DNA from: Eledone cirrhosa
Lineage: Eukaryota
Direction: 5' to 3'
Assembly: GCA_964016885.1 (NCBI GenBank)
Contig: OZ024757.1
Coordinates: forward strand, 17,856,001 to 17,920,000
Length of the DNA stretch: 64,000 nucleotides
Part shown: in pieces, positions 1-12,485 of the stretch
Layout of the letters: each line of letters starts with the position of its first letter
Numbering within the stretch: the first letter of the stretch is position 1
The notes under the pieces: generated by a model
What the model saw: the letters and a program-made list of their open reading frames with translations, nothing else
Told to the model about the DNA's origin: nothing
Database searches by the model: none
Program-made: the position numbers and the translations under genes

Positions 1-2226
1 ATTGTAATGATAGGTGTGTTGAGAATTAAATAGAGATTGCTAAAATTGTAATGATAGGTGTGGTGAGAATTAAATAGAGATTGCTAAAATTGTAATGATA
101 GGTGTGTTGAGAATTAAATAGAGATTGCTAAAATTGTAATGATAAGTGTGTTGAGAATTAAATAGAGATTGATAAAATTGTAATGATAGGTGTGTTGAGA
201 ATTAAATAGAGATTGCTAAAATTGTAATGATAGGTGTGTTGAGAATTAAATAGAGATTGCTAAAATTGTAATGATAGGTGTGTTGAGAATTAAATAGAGA
301 TTGCTAAAATTGTAATGATAGGTGTGTTGAGAATTAAATAGAGATTGCTAAAATTGTAATGATAGGTGTGTTGAGAATTAAATAGAGATTGCTAAAATTG
401 TAATGATAGGTGTGTTGAGAATTAAATAGAGATTGCTAAAATTGTAATGATAGGTGTGTTGAGAATTAAATAGAGATTGCTAAAATTGTAATGATAGGTG
501 TGTTGAGAATTAAATAGAAATTGCTAAAATCGTAATGATAGGTGTGTTGAGAATTAAATAGAGATTGCTAAAATTGTAATGATAGGTGTGTTGAGAATTA
601 AATAGAGATTGCTAAAATTGTAATGATAGGTGTGTTGAGAATTAAATAGAGATTGCTAAAATTGTAATGATAGGTGTGTTGAGAATTAAATAGAGATTGC
701 TAAAATTGTAATGATAGGTGTGTTGAGAATTAAATAGAGATTGCTAAAATTGTAATGATAGGTGTGTTGAGAATTAAATAGAGATTGCTAAAATTGTAAT
801 GATAGGTGTGTTGAGAATTAAATAGAGATTGCTAAAATTGTAATGATAGGTGTGTTGAGAATTAAATAAAGATTGCTAAAATTGTAATGATAGGTGTGTT
901 GAGAATTAAATAGAAATTGCTAAAATCGTAATGATAGGTGTGTTGAGAATTAAATAGAGATTGCTAAAATTGTAATGATAGGTGTGTTGAGAATTAAATA
1001 GAGATTGCTAAAATTGTAATGATAGGTGTGTTGAGAATTAAATAGAGATTGCTAAAATTGTAATGATAGGTGTGTTGAGAATTAAATAGAGATTGCTAAC
1101 ATTGTAATGATAGGTGTGTTGAGAATTAAATAGAGATTGCTAAAATTGTAATGATAAGTGTGGTGAGAATTAAATAGAGATTGCTAAAATTGTAATGATA
1201 GGTGTGTTGAGAATTAAATAGAGATTGCTAAAATTGTAATGATAAGTGTGGTGAGAATTAAATAGAGATTGCTAAAATTGTAATGATAGGTGTGTTGAAA
1301 ATTAAATAGAGATTGCTAAAATTGTAATGATAGGTATGGTGAGAATTAAATAGAGATTGCTAAAATTGTAATGATAGGTGTGGTGAGAATTAAATAGAGA
1401 TTGCTAAAATTGTAATGATAAGTGTGGTGAGAATTAAATAGAGATTGCTAAAATCGTAATGATAGGTGTGTTGAGAATTAAATAGAGATTGCTAAAATCG
1501 TAATGATAGGTGTGTTGAGAATTAAATAGAGATTGCTAAAATTGTAATGATAGGTGTGTTGAGAATTAAATAGAGATTGCTAAAATTGTAATGATAGGTG
1601 TGTTGAGAATTATATAGAGATTGCTAAAATTGTAATGATAGGTGTGTTGAGAATTAAATAGAGATTGCTAAAATTGTAATGATAGGTGTGTTGAGAATTA
1701 AATAGAGATTGCTAAAATTGTAATGATAGGTGTGTTGAGAATTAAATAGAGATTGCTAAAATTGTAATGATAGGTGTGTTGAGAATTAAATAGAGATTGC
1801 TAAAATTGTAATGATAGGTGTGTTGAGAATTAAATAGAGATTGCTAAAATTGTAATGATAGGTGTGTTGAGAATTAAATAGAGATTGCTAACATTGTAAT
1901 GATAGGTGTGTTGAGAATTAAATAGAGATTGGTAAAATTGTAATGATAGGTGTGTTGAGAATTAAATAGAGATTGCTAAAATTGTAATGATAGGTGTGTT
2001 GAGAATTAAATAGAAATTGCTAAAATTGTAATGATAGGTGTGTTGAGAATTAAATAGAGATTGCTAAAATTGTAATGATAGGTGTGTTGAGAATTAAATA
2101 GAGATTGCTAAAATTGTAATGATAAGTGTGGTGAGAATTAAATAGAGATTGCTAAAATTGTAATGATAAGTGTGTTGAGAATTAAATAGAGATTGCTAAC
2201 ATTGTAATGATAGGTGTGGTGAGAAT
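1..2226. repeat. 44-bp tandem repeat, ~50 copies, runs off the left edge
   Basis: Unit ATTGTAATGATAGGTGTGTTGAGAATTAAATAGAGATTGCTAAA; the register recurs every 220 bp (5 units); only sparse point variants. Confidence 0.97.
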
Positions 2227-2457
2227 GATAAAATTATATGGAGATGATAACAATGAAATATTCAGAAGTTTCAGCCCACAACTGAATGGACTCCTTTCAA
2301 TATAATTAATATGCAAAAGCATAATGGTTCAGATACCGAAATCAGACAGAGCTGTGTTCCTACGCGGGAACCTTGCAACCAAATCAAGACTGCTGATTCA
2401 TAATTCATTTGAAAAATCCAAATGGTTATTTATTAGCCATAAAGAGACAAAAAAAAA

Positions 2458-2705
2458 ACAGCAACAACAGCAACAGCAACAGCAACAGCAACAACAACAA
2501 CAACAACAGCAGCAGCAGCTGTAACTACAACAACAACAACAACAACAGCAGCAGCAGCTGTAACTACAACAACAACAACAACAACAGCAACAACGACAAC
2601 AGTAACAGCAGCAGCAACAACAACAGCAACAACAACAACAACACCAACACTAACAACAACAACAGCAACAACAACAACAGCAGCAGCAGCAGCAGCACCA
2701 CCACC

Positions 2706-2737
<32 letters not shown>

Positions 2738-2778
2738 CACCAACAGCAACACCACCACCACCAACAACAACAACAACA
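2458..2778. repeat. (CAA/CAG/CAC)n compound trinucleotide microsatellite
   Basis: Visible directly; explains the polyQ/polyN/polyL ORFs. Confidence 0.95.
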
Positions 2779-2963
2779 TAGTGTGCCGAATAATAACTCT
2801 TAATTTAACAGTGGTTTGTTGATTTAAATGTTTATTTTTTTGTGTGAAGATGTCAGCGAAACGAATGTTTTCTTTTTAGTAGGTCAAAGATACTGGGAGA
2901 CAGGCTCTAATTTATCCTTACTTATTGTCAGGGATTGGAATATTGGTAAAACAAAGACGACGG

Positions 2964-3258
2964 ATAAATAGTAAATCCCTGAAAAGTCATCTAAAGATGA
3001 ATAGTAAATCCCTGAAAAGTCATCTTTGAATATTAGAGATCATTATATTAAATCTTTGAATATTAGAGGTCATTATATTAAATCACAATATTAAAGTCAT
3101 CTAAAGATAAATAGTAAATCCCTGAAAAGTCATCTTTGAATATTAGAGATCATTATATTAAATCTTTGAATATTAGAGATCATTATATTAAATCACAATA
3201 TTAAAGTCATCTAAAGATAAATAGTAAATCCCTGAAAAGTCATCTTTGAATATTAGAG
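2964..3258. repeat. 110-bp local tandem repeat, ~2.5 copies, with internal sub-repeats
   Basis: AAAGTCATCTAAAGAT recurs at 2983, 3093 and 3203. Confidence 0.85.
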
Positions 3259-3473
3259 AGGAAAATAAAAAAACTGGGAAAGCTAGTTAAGAGCTGTTAC
3301 ACTACCAACGTTCAAAGTGCAACTCGTTAGTTTTGCAAAAGGCGCGTTCTACTGCTGGTCGGAAATGGTAATTGGTATTCATACATCACCAACTTTACAG
3401 GGCTGGCGACTGACCAAGCACGACGATGTTTTCTGTTTCATTTGGGTTGAAGTTCGTTTATAATTGTTGCCTC

Positions 3474-5616
3474 TATAGCGAGGATACTGGGTTGTATGAA
3501 TGTAACAAAACGAGACATGGTTTGTGTATATAATATTTAATTAACGGTAGATAGAATACTTGACATGTCAAAGATAGATGTTAGTATGAAACAAAGTTAG
3601 TAGTTACCGTTTTGATTGCCAGGCAAACGCGGCTGGGAGAGGGCGCCTGGCTAAGGCCAGGCGCCTGTTGGCCAAATTAATGGCAGAGCCAAATGAGAGG
3701 CTCTTGTCCTGGTGCCGAAAAGGCAAAGAGAGAAAGGAAGCTTAAAGTTGTTAGTTTTATAGGGCTCTGACCGGAAGTTGCAGAAAGGGTTCCACTTCCC
3801 GTCTAGATCCCAATCAAAACAAGGGAGACAACCGCTACATAACCTCCCGCCAGAATTTTAGTGTATAAAAATCGAAATGAAAATATGTAGCAAGTTGGCG
3901 AGAATGTTGTAACAGGCATGAAATTTACGACAAAAGAATGTTTGGAAAAATCAATGATAGATATCAAGGTAGCCAACCGCTCTTGGCCAGAGAACGACTG
4001 GACATCCATCTATCCATCACCCAAAGATACAATGTAATAAAGTAAAAGTAATAGAAGAGCTCAAAGTTCAAAATATAGTTCACAGGTGTGCAATCACATG
4101 ACAGCAGGAAAGAAAGTGTGTTCCAGAGAATGAATGCAGGTGGTTTCTGTTCTGTGGTATATCGTGAAATTTCCAACCTCCGAATGGATTTTCTCACAGG
4201 AAGAGTGCTGCAAAAATGAATTCTCTGGCTTTGGTGAAGCTGTATTGATGTATTGCTGTTGCTGTTATATTGCTGTTGCTGCTGCTGTTGTCTCGCTGAG
4301 TGAGCGTATTCGGTGTTTAAATTCACAGTAAAAAAATTTTTTTTTTAGAAAAAATGAGTTGCGCAAAGTGCTAGAAATAGCAGCCGAAGTTGATGGTCGA
4401 TGTTGAGAATGCGTTGACCTGGAAGGGTCAAGAGGCCAGCGACCAGAGAAATAAGCATTCTTAATAAATGCGCGGTTATCAACTGTAAATTTACATTGTA
4501 AATTTATAAACCGGCAAATAGAAGAATATAGCTTAAGGCTGAAGAATCCCTGGTGATAAATGATATCTCTGGCGTGCGGCTGTCTGTGAGTAGAGACATC
4601 TCTGTGAATCGAGAATTTATGCTGCCTACACGTGCCAATACAAGGTTGAAAAAAAATAATATTTCTAACACGCGAGAAAATGATAGTGCAATTTTGAAAG
4701 TGACAATGATGAAAAAGAAAGGCTTCACTCAGCATAATTATTGGTGTGAACTTTGGAAAAAAAACCCCAAAAAACTTGAACGATGAAGAAAACGATGAAC
4801 AAAAAGGCAATGGTTCATCGAAAATAAATGTTCCTGTTGAAATGTTTTTTAAAGAATATCAAATTTCTTTTTTTTTTTTTTTTTGTTTTGAAAGAGTTCG
4901 TTGTAAGAAACGAGAAACATATATATATATCGTGAAATGTTTTTTTTTTTTTTTTTTTTTTTTTTTGAAAGTGTTCGTTGTAAGAAACGAGAAACATATA
5001 TATATATATTGGTGAAATGCGACAGTTAATTGATGCGTGAGAGAAAAAGTCTGTCTGTGCGAATTCCACATGTGCGTGTGTGCGTGTCCTTGAGTATTTT
5101 CATAGTTTGTCGCTAAATTTGCTGTGTATTCGTAATGTTACTCACAAAACCAGATGTGCTATTTTTTTCTTTTTTTTTTTGGGGGGGGGGGGGGGTGACC
5201 ACTTATAGCGATGAACGGCTGCGTGTTCGTATCACGTTAGGGTTACCAATATAGCGATGATACTAAGGTTGTATGAATGTAACAAAACGAGACATGGTTT
5301 GTGTATATAATATTTAATTAACGGTAGATAGAATACTTGACATGTCAAAGATAGATGTTAGAATGAAACAAAGTTAGTAGTTACCGTTTTGATTGCCAGG
5401 CAAACGCGGCTGGCAGAGGGCGCCTGGCTAAGGCCAGGCGCCAGTTGGCCAAATTAATGGCAGAGCCAAATGAGAGGCTCTTGTCCTGGTGCCGAAAAGG
5501 CAAAGAGAGAAAGGAAGCTTAAAGTTGTTAGTTTTATAGGGCTCTGACCGGAAGTTGCAGAAAGGGTTCCACTTCCCGTCTAGATCCCAATCAAAACAAG
5601 GGAGACAACCGCTACA
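3474..5616 (-). mobile_element. Complete non-autonomous LTR retrotransposon (Gypsy-like, TRIM/LARD type)
   Basis: LTRs at 3474-3839 and 5250-5616 differ at only a handful of positions; termini TATAGCG...CGCTACA; 4-bp TSD CCTC (3470-3473 and 5617-5620); tRNA-Trp PBS at 5217-5248; purine-rich GGCGGGAGG before the 3' LTR; TATA-like CCCTATAAAA in the LTR; no gag/pol motifs in the 1.4-kb interior. Confidence 0.9.
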
Positions 5617-5870
5617 CCTCTATGATTTGTCTGGGCATTGTATCTTTTCTGTGTGTGGATATAATTTTTATCTCTATATTCTCTAATGTGCCCCTATATT
5701 CTATTTTGGCATGTTGGTGGCGTACTGATGAGTTTTTCCCATCCTGGAGTTCTCGCCAGTGTTCACTCATTCTTTCTCCTATGCTACGGGCTGTTTCACC
5801 TATGTATGTTATATTCTTATTCCTACACTGTCCCTGAGTACATCTCATGCTATACACAACGTTCCTAGTT
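5617..5870 (-). mobile_element. Penelope-like element, GIY-YIG endonuclease fragment (continues at ~3430-3473)
   Basis: NVVYSMRC...YIGETARSIGERMSEH motif; the frame RQIIE continues as ATIINELQPK left of the LTR element; same family as 63838-64000. Confidence 0.88.
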
Positions 5871-5973
5871 ATGCACGTTTTTAGAGAAGAAATCTTGCAG
5901 AAAACAAATTCAAAAACGAAATATACATATATATATATGGGTGTATATCTATATATACGTGTGTATATTTATG

Positions 5974-6134
5974 TGTGTGTATATAAGTAGATGTGAGGGT
6001 ATGTATATATTTATGTATATTTCTTTATATGTCTTTATTTTTCCTTCTTATCTTGTGTGTATATAAGTAGATGTGAGGGTATGTATTTATTTATGTATAT
6101 TTCTTTATATGTCTTTATTTTTCCTTCTTATCTT
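5974..6134. repeat. 80-bp tandem duplication
   Basis: TGTGTGTATATAAGTAGATGTGAGGG...TTCCTTCTTATCTT occurs twice, head to tail. Confidence 0.85.
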
Positions 6135-6272
6135 TTATAATATTTTTCATCAAGATTATATTTCTCTTTTTTTATGACCTACTTTGAGCTCAATAATCAC
6201 AGGGTATTAATACGAGTTGTTAACTCCGGCTTTTCATATATATATATGTGTGTGTGTGTAGTAATTTTTTGT

Positions 6273-8300
6273 TTAGTGGGAAATTAAATTGGATCGACAG
6301 AAACAGAATTTCCTAAATGTTTTAACACAGTTAGCTTGGTCCCCATATAAGTTTGTTCGACTCATATCTCCCAAAATCATGAATTTCCCGCTTTTGCTAT
6401 GATATCTGATTGTGCCTTCAAACAAACCATTACCTGGTCTCGTCCGTATAGTCAGTTGATAATCTTTGGTAATCGTATCAACACTTTTACCATATTGTAC
6501 TCGGCGATTAATCACATAACGAAAATGCTTGACATATTTCAGTACTTCTCCCCTTGCCTTCACTACTGCTGCGTTTATAATGTTGTCCAGTTTTAGCTGG
6601 ACACATAATTGGCGTAGATGAGATGTTTTAGTGTTAATGGCTTCAAGTAAATAACGAGCTCCTTTGATGACGACAGTGTCGTTAACATTTACAGCTTTTG
6701 ATTGGTGACATGTACACCAATGGGGGAGAATAGTAGCTTCCTTACAGTTACGAGATAAGGGAACTTTTCTGAACAAACTAATTAGTTTTCTTTTTGTTGG
6801 TTCGATTTTTTCGTCGGGTTTCCTTTTCGATGCTTTATCGATATCAATTATGTCTAACAGAGTCTGGTGGATATCAAACGGTGTTGTTAAACGATGTGAA
6901 TTTGTCTTCATGTTATTCCACATATGTGGGAATCGTTTTTTGAACCAGACAGGCGGAATAATGAACATAAATGGAAGTCTTTCTTCTAGTTTTCCAAGAT
7001 ATGTAGCTCTGTAACTTCCAAACCTAATACCATGATCCGAGAAAAATATCACAAATGAGTTGGTTAGAAGTTGATGCTTGAACAGTTTTTGAAAAAATCT
7101 CTTGTATTCGATGTCGGCTTTTCCAGCATTGTTCATATCCCTATGCGTCAGACCACTTATAAATGTTAAACAAAAATGTGGGCTGTCTTTATAGACCCTA
7201 GCAAAATCGTAAGTATATTGTAGTAACATGTTTGTTACAGTACGATCTCGCACACACCTATTATTTATTGTCCAAACTGATCGATCATGGCTCAATGCTA
7301 GACTCATTGGCCGATAATAATGGTCTGTGGGTTGTACTTTGAATCCGTACTTGGCACAATTAAATGTCGAGATAATTGGAGCATCTTCAGCATACATAGT
7401 TCGAAAACCACTTTTACGGTACGTTTTCCACAAAAAGTTATATCTATCAAAAGGTTTCACGCCCAAAGTTTCATTCCATGGTAAATCTTCCAAATATTTT
7501 CCAGTTAGTATTGGTACCAAGTTCACTAAGGTGTTATCACCAACTTTGTTATATCCGAGCATTTCAATAGCCTCATTTTCTAACAAATATTTACGTGTTT
7601 CTGGTAGCTGCCTCATAAAATTCAATCTCGATACAGAATCAATACCAACCAGCAGCACGCCTTTTAGAGAATTCCCCGAATATAAATATGTTTTGAATTT
7701 ATCAAACATTGAATTGCTGGCGTTACGCTCTATTGCCGGTATTTTCTTCTGTATAAAAGCATGATAATTGGTATAAAATGCCTTATTTTTCGTATCATAA
7801 CATATCACTTTGATGTAGTCGTCAGGTATTTCAATCTTGGTTTGAAATTTTAGAGATACCTTCTGAAAAGTAATATGCCCATCATCAATATTATTTCGTA
7901 CAAAAGGAATAACGTGACAGATTTTAAATCTGTTTTTATACCACCTGTTAACAACACTTTGGTTGACATGTAAATAATTACCGTTTTGGTAGGTAAGAGA
8001 AATTTTACCAGGGCAAGGACTGAATTTGCGTATGTGGTAATGATATCTTAATGCCGGCTCAAATGGATTGAAATTTGGTATTCGGCACCATTTTGAATCA
8101 ACAAGAAAGCCTAGGTTTTGCGTAAACTGATTTTCACTTTCTATAGTCCAGATCACATTGTATCTGATGTACATTAATAACAACATTGATATCAATATGC
8201 TAAAGAATACGAGATAAGCAAACAATGAACGCCCTGAGATGCACTGTGTTGAGATTTTCTGAAGGAGACTTCTGAAAAGGAAACAATAGGTAGGTACCAT
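6273..8300 (-). CDS. DUF229-family protein (alkaline phosphatase/sulfatase-like fold, N-terminal TM anchor), paralogue A
   Basis: 675-codon uninterrupted ORF; TM segment LFAYLVFFSILISMLLLMY; motifs GIDSVSRLNF, GYNKVGDNT, THRD, FFSDHGIRFG, LEERLP, RLTTPFDIH, ILPHWCTC and C-terminal SRTNLYG..C..FCFC. The true coding exon may begin at an acceptor at 8271 rather than at the ATG at 8300. Confidence 0.92.
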   Translation of the reverse strand: MVPTYCFLFRSLLQKISTQCISGRSLFAYLVFFSILISMLLLMYIRYNVIWTIESENQFTQNLGFLVDSKWCRIPNFNPFEPALRYHYHIRKFSPCPGKISLTYQNGNYLHVNQSVVNRWYKNRFKICHVIPFVRNNIDDGHITFQKVSLKFQTKIEIPDDYIKVICYDTKNKAFYTNYHAFIQKKIPAIERNASNSMFDKFKTYLYSGNSLKGVLLVGIDSVSRLNFMRQLPETRKYLLENEAIEMLGYNKVGDNTLVNLVPILTGKYLEDLPWNETLGVKPFDRYNFLWKTYRKSGFRTMYAEDAPIISTFNCAKYGFKVQPTDHYYRPMSLALSHDRSVWTINNRCVRDRTVTNMLLQYTYDFARVYKDSPHFCLTFISGLTHRDMNNAGKADIEYKRFFQKLFKHQLLTNSFVIFFSDHGIRFGSYRATYLGKLEERLPFMFIIPPVWFKKRFPHMWNNMKTNSHRLTTPFDIHQTLLDIIDIDKASKRKPDEKIEPTKRKLISLFRKVPLSRNCKEATILPHWCTCHQSKAVNVNDTVVIKGARYLLEAINTKTSHLRQLCVQLKLDNIINAAVVKARGEVLKYVKHFRYVINRRVQYGKSVDTITKDYQLTIRTRPGNGLFEGTIRYHSKSGKFMILGDMSRTNLYGDQANCVKTFRKFCFCRSNLISH

Positions 8301-8371
8301 GAGAATTATAAAAAAATTAAATGCAAATTAAGAATTAAAATGTATTTAGTTAAATACATAACACACCAAAG

Positions 8372-8995
8372 CAGACGTTCGCAAGTTGGGCGCTAGTGAC
8401 CCCAGGGGCCTAAGAGGCAGTTGGGGTGGTAGAAAAAAAGGAGGCGTTGGGAGGAACAGGAAGGATGTAAGTGTTATTCCACCCAGAAGTATTCTTGGTA
8501 CAACTCAGCCTGAGATTGATAGACTACTTTCACTTCACAAAACTCATCCTTCTCACTGAGTCCCATCCCCCAAACCCTACCCGGGTGGACTGCTTTAGTG
8601 GTATACTACTGACTTCTCCAATATACCTGGTAAATTTGTGCATTATTTTATTGAGTAAGAATATATTTGCGTATGTAGAAAGTTCTCTTTATTGGCGGTG
8701 GACTGGGGGAGGCTATGAATTTATTATTTATAATATTATTATAGTAGTGTATATAGATGATATAATAATATATTAACTATCAAATGATACATATTATATA
8801 TAAATATAGTAAAATAAAAAATATATGATATTTATACATAGTATATACGTACTATATTATTTATTAACGATTTTATTTATTATATATTATTTACAATTTG
8901 TGTGTAGGCAGGTCTCTGGAAATAGTGGTGGGGGTGCTGAGGGTATTATGTGGCCATGAAGGGGAGTGGTGGCCCAAAAAGCTTGAGAACCCCTG
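8372..8995. mobile_element. Degenerate hAT/Charlie-like non-autonomous DNA transposon
   Basis: Right end TTGAGAACCCCTG; degenerate left end CAGACGTTCGCAA; 8-bp flanks CACCAAAG/CTCTAAAG match at 6 of 8. Confidence 0.4.
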
Positions 8996-9149
8996 CTCTA
9001 AAGCAAGCACGACAACAACAGCAGTAGCAGCAACAACAACAATATATATATATATATATAATACTGAAACTATTGAATAAGCTATTGAATAAGACCGATA
9101 TACCATCGATTGTTTTCCCACTCATTCAATAATTTAATTAAGTCAGCGT

Positions 9150-9520
9150 CATTATGGTAACAGCTAATACGTTAAGTAGTGAGAAAAACGACTTGGTGCG
9201 GATAGATAATTTGCATTCCAACAAGTTTGTTGAAAAATGGGTGAGGGTGGTGAGCATAGTTCTTGTGAATGGGTCTGCCTTGAGCATACGCTTGTACATT
9301 GGAGAAATAAAACTAAGAGGGGACACATTGTCCTAGCTAACAGGGCGACCATGGCTTTTGTTGGATTTTTACACGAGTGACCCTTAGAATCTCCTCACTT
9401 TTGGGGAAGTTGTTATGTTTGTTTTAAATGTTTATTTTCTTAGTCTCTTTTATATATTTTATTTTACACAAAGAAAAACCCACACTGTATCGTCCTGTAC
9501 CGTCTTTAATGTTTCCTTAA
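9150..9520 (+). mobile_element. Possible 3' end of a Tx1/L1-like LINE
   Basis: VRIDNLHSNKFVEKWVRVVSIVLVNGSALSIRL resembles a Tx1-type ORF2 C-terminus, followed by UTR-like sequence; weak. Confidence 0.35.
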
Positions 9521-9567
9521 TGTAAGCCATTTTTCTGTGTATTTGGGTGTGCATTTGGGTGTGTCTA

Positions 9568-9905
9568 TGTGGCGTAGACATACAAATACAACAGGAGGAA
9601 ACAAGAGTACCACAAGGTTTATTATACTATGAACAGTTCAATAGCCGGGTTCAGTATGAACCCGGTGACATCATCAGGAATTCGAAATTTAACAAAGGAA
9701 TATAATAGACACAATCCATGGGGTTGAAAAAGAACTTGAAGGCGGCCAACTGCACTGGCAACTGTTAATTGTTATTTCAGCGCTTGGATTGTATCGATTA
9801 TATTCCTTTGATGATGTCACCGGATTCATACTGAACCCGGTCATTGAAATGTTCATAGTATAATAAACCTTTAAGGAATTACACCAGTCCAGCCTCCTGT
9901 TATTT
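9568..9905. mobile_element. Fold-back element with a hammerhead-like core (Penelope pLTR-like)
   Basis: 9614-9680 and 9803-9872 are inverted copies containing CTGATGA-hairpin(CCGGGTTCA/TGAACCCGG)-GAA; followed by (TA)n; related end sequence at 39541-39572. Confidence 0.65.
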
Positions 9906-10001
9906 TATAATATATATATACGAGATTTACAATGAAGAAATATATTAGTTTTACGCTTGATAGAAAAGGAAAAGAGTCTTATCTTAACGTATGGGACGTT
10001 G

Positions 10002-10143
10002 CACACACATACACATACCCGTCACACTGACACCCAGTCACACACACACACATACACATACCCGTCACACTGACACCCAGTCACACTGACACCCAGTCAC
10101 ACACACACACACACATACACATACCCGCCACACTGACACCCAG

Positions 10144-10179
<36 letters not shown>

Positions 10180-10336
10180 ACACACCTACCATACACATAC
10201 ACACACACCTACCATACACACAGACCTACCATACACATACACACACACCTACCATACACACACACCTACCATACACATACACACACACCTACCATACACA
10301 CACACACACACACATCTACACACATCTACAGACACA
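10002..10336. repeat. (CA)n-rich compound microsatellite
   Basis: Visible directly. Confidence 0.9.
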
Positions 10337-10475
10337 CTGCTAGAATAACAAATAAATGTGAAATTTAACAAACCTTTTTTCCATTTCCAGTTTAGATGTT
10401 CAAATGTGTAGCAAAGTTAATTTACCTGCAGCTGTAGCAGTGAATAAAATGTATTTTCCTTCTGCGGCGGAATGG

Positions 10476-10854
10476 TGTTACGGAGGTAAGTTGGCTGAAG
10501 TGTGAGCCAATCGAAACCTTTGGTGCACTAATTGGACTGTCCAGAACTACGTCACCAGGTGAGCGGAGGTAACCAAGAGAGACATTAGTCTACACGCACC
10601 TCTCTTATCGACAAGACCAGGCTACACTCCTCGCTGCTAACAACATCTCCATCTTGCAATGAAGCGGACCAAACTACATCCTACACATGTAGATACTACC
10701 TGTACCTAATGTATCCGTTCAACCTGTACAACTAATAAATAGAGTTGCAACATCGATAATGGATTTAGTCAATGTTCTAAATGCCTTCTGATTTCTATTA
10801 TGTATACCAAGAATTGACCCAAAAACTCGTTATCAATGGTGACCCGGACGTGAT
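10476..10854 (+). mobile_element. Single LTR with tRNA-Trp PBS (truncated LTR retrotransposon)
   Basis: TGTTACG...CGTTATCA (~360 bp) with internal AATAAA, followed by TGGTGACCCGGACGTGAT at 10837-10854, a 17/18 match to the canonical Trp PBS. Confidence 0.7.
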
Positions 10855-11240
10855 TCAGCTACCTGCATCGATCACGACGACAAACTGCTAACTCAACTCA
10901 ACATGCTTCATACTCTTCCTCTCCTCCCCCTTCTCATACGCAACCTCCCCTCCTCCCCCATCTCACCCCCCCTTCTCCTCTTCCTTTCCTCTCTCTATCT
11001 CATACGCAACGTCACACCTTCTCCTCCTTCACATAATGCGGTCCTTCAGGAAACTTGTAATTCAACTCGACATGTAAAATAATACAACACAAAATCGTAC
11101 CAGGTTCATCCCAGCGGCGTGAATAGGATTATCGACAGCTAGAAAGCAGCCGAGTCCTTTCAACTGAGTTAGCTCCACAATTAAGAGGCCGCATAAAAAA
11201 GTGCAACACATCCTTCGGATCTATTCATTGGAATTATAAC

Positions 11241-11426
11241 ATAATTGTTTCTACTTTAGGCACAAGGCCAGCAATTATCCAGTGCATTACTGGTACTATA
11301 TTTTATCGACCCCATAAGGATGAAAGGCAAAGTCAACCTCGGCGGGATTTGAACTCAGATCGTAAAGGGACGTAACTATGCTGGAAAGCATGGCGTCCGA
11401 CCCTCTACCGATACTGCCAATCCACC
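11241..11426 (-). mobile_element. tRNA-derived SINE, family A (~185 bp)
   Basis: A-box-like TGGCAGTATCGG, B-box GAGTTCAAATCC, core GCCTTTCATCCTTACGGGGTCGATAAAAT, tail AAAGTAGAAACAATTAT; more than 10 copies in the window. Confidence 0.9.
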
Positions 11427-11703
11427 AATAATACATATACACACATACATACACACATATACATATATACATAGACACATACATACACTCATACATATAT
11501 ACATACGTAAACACACATACACAGACATATACTCATATACATATATATACATGATCATCATCATCACCAGTCCCTTCACCTCTGAAGTCGTCGGGGCTCT
11601 CCCACTACAGAAGCAGCACACATTTAAACTAACCATTGGGGAGACCCTGTATATATTTTATATACACATATATATGTTAAAAGATGATTGATATATAAAT
11701 ATA

Positions 11704-11746
<43 letters not shown>

Positions 11747-12134
11747 GCACATATATTTATAAATATATACTCTTATGTATTCCATTAAATATTCTACACG
11801 TGTATATATATATATATTTATATGAATATATATATATACTCTTATGTGTATACGTCTGAAAATGTATATATGTATGTAAATATATTTTTATACATACATG
11901 TATACATATAGATGGACAGTTATGCACATAAAATATTTTATTATATATTTATATACATACAATGAATTATTAACTTATTAAAAACTACAATGTATGATTA
12001 AATTATGTTTGATTTTAATGTCTATGACAGAAAATTATCATAATTTATCTAAATTAATGTTAAAATAAATTTTTAAAAATCTAAATAAACAGTTTATTTG
12101 TCAACATAACCGTCGTGATAATATTGGTTCCTTA

Positions 12135-12329
12135 TATAGGCATAAGACCAACAATTTTGGGGGAGGGGAAAGTAGATTAAATCAACACCAGTGGATTACT
12201 GGTACTTTATTTTATCGACCCCGTAAGGATGAAAGGCAAAGTCAACCTCGGCGGGATTTGAACTCAGATGGTAAAGGGACGTAACTATGCTGGAAAGCAT
12301 GGCGTCCGACCCTCTACCGATACTGCCAA
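12135..12329 (-). mobile_element. SINE family A, variant tail
   Basis: Same head and core; longer 3' part containing CCCCTCCCCC. Confidence 0.85.
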
Positions 12330-12485
12330 ATACACAAAATCGTACCAGGTTCATCCCAGCGGCGTGAATAGGATTATCGACAGCTAGAAAGCAGCCGAGT
12401 CCTTTCAACTGAGTTAGCTCCACAATTAAGAGGCCGCATAAAAAAGTGCAACACATCCTTCGGATCTATTCATTGGAATTATAAC

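Noticed and set aside
1-2226. 44-bp array as a telomeric or coding repeat
   Set aside because: No TTAGGG-type motif and no ORF; origin not identifiable.
2324-2822. polyQ/polyN/polyL ORFs
   Set aside because: Translations of a trinucleotide microsatellite.
4265-4810. 181-aa ORF inside the LTR element as gag
   Set aside because: No zinc knuckle or capsid-like motifs; low-complexity composition.
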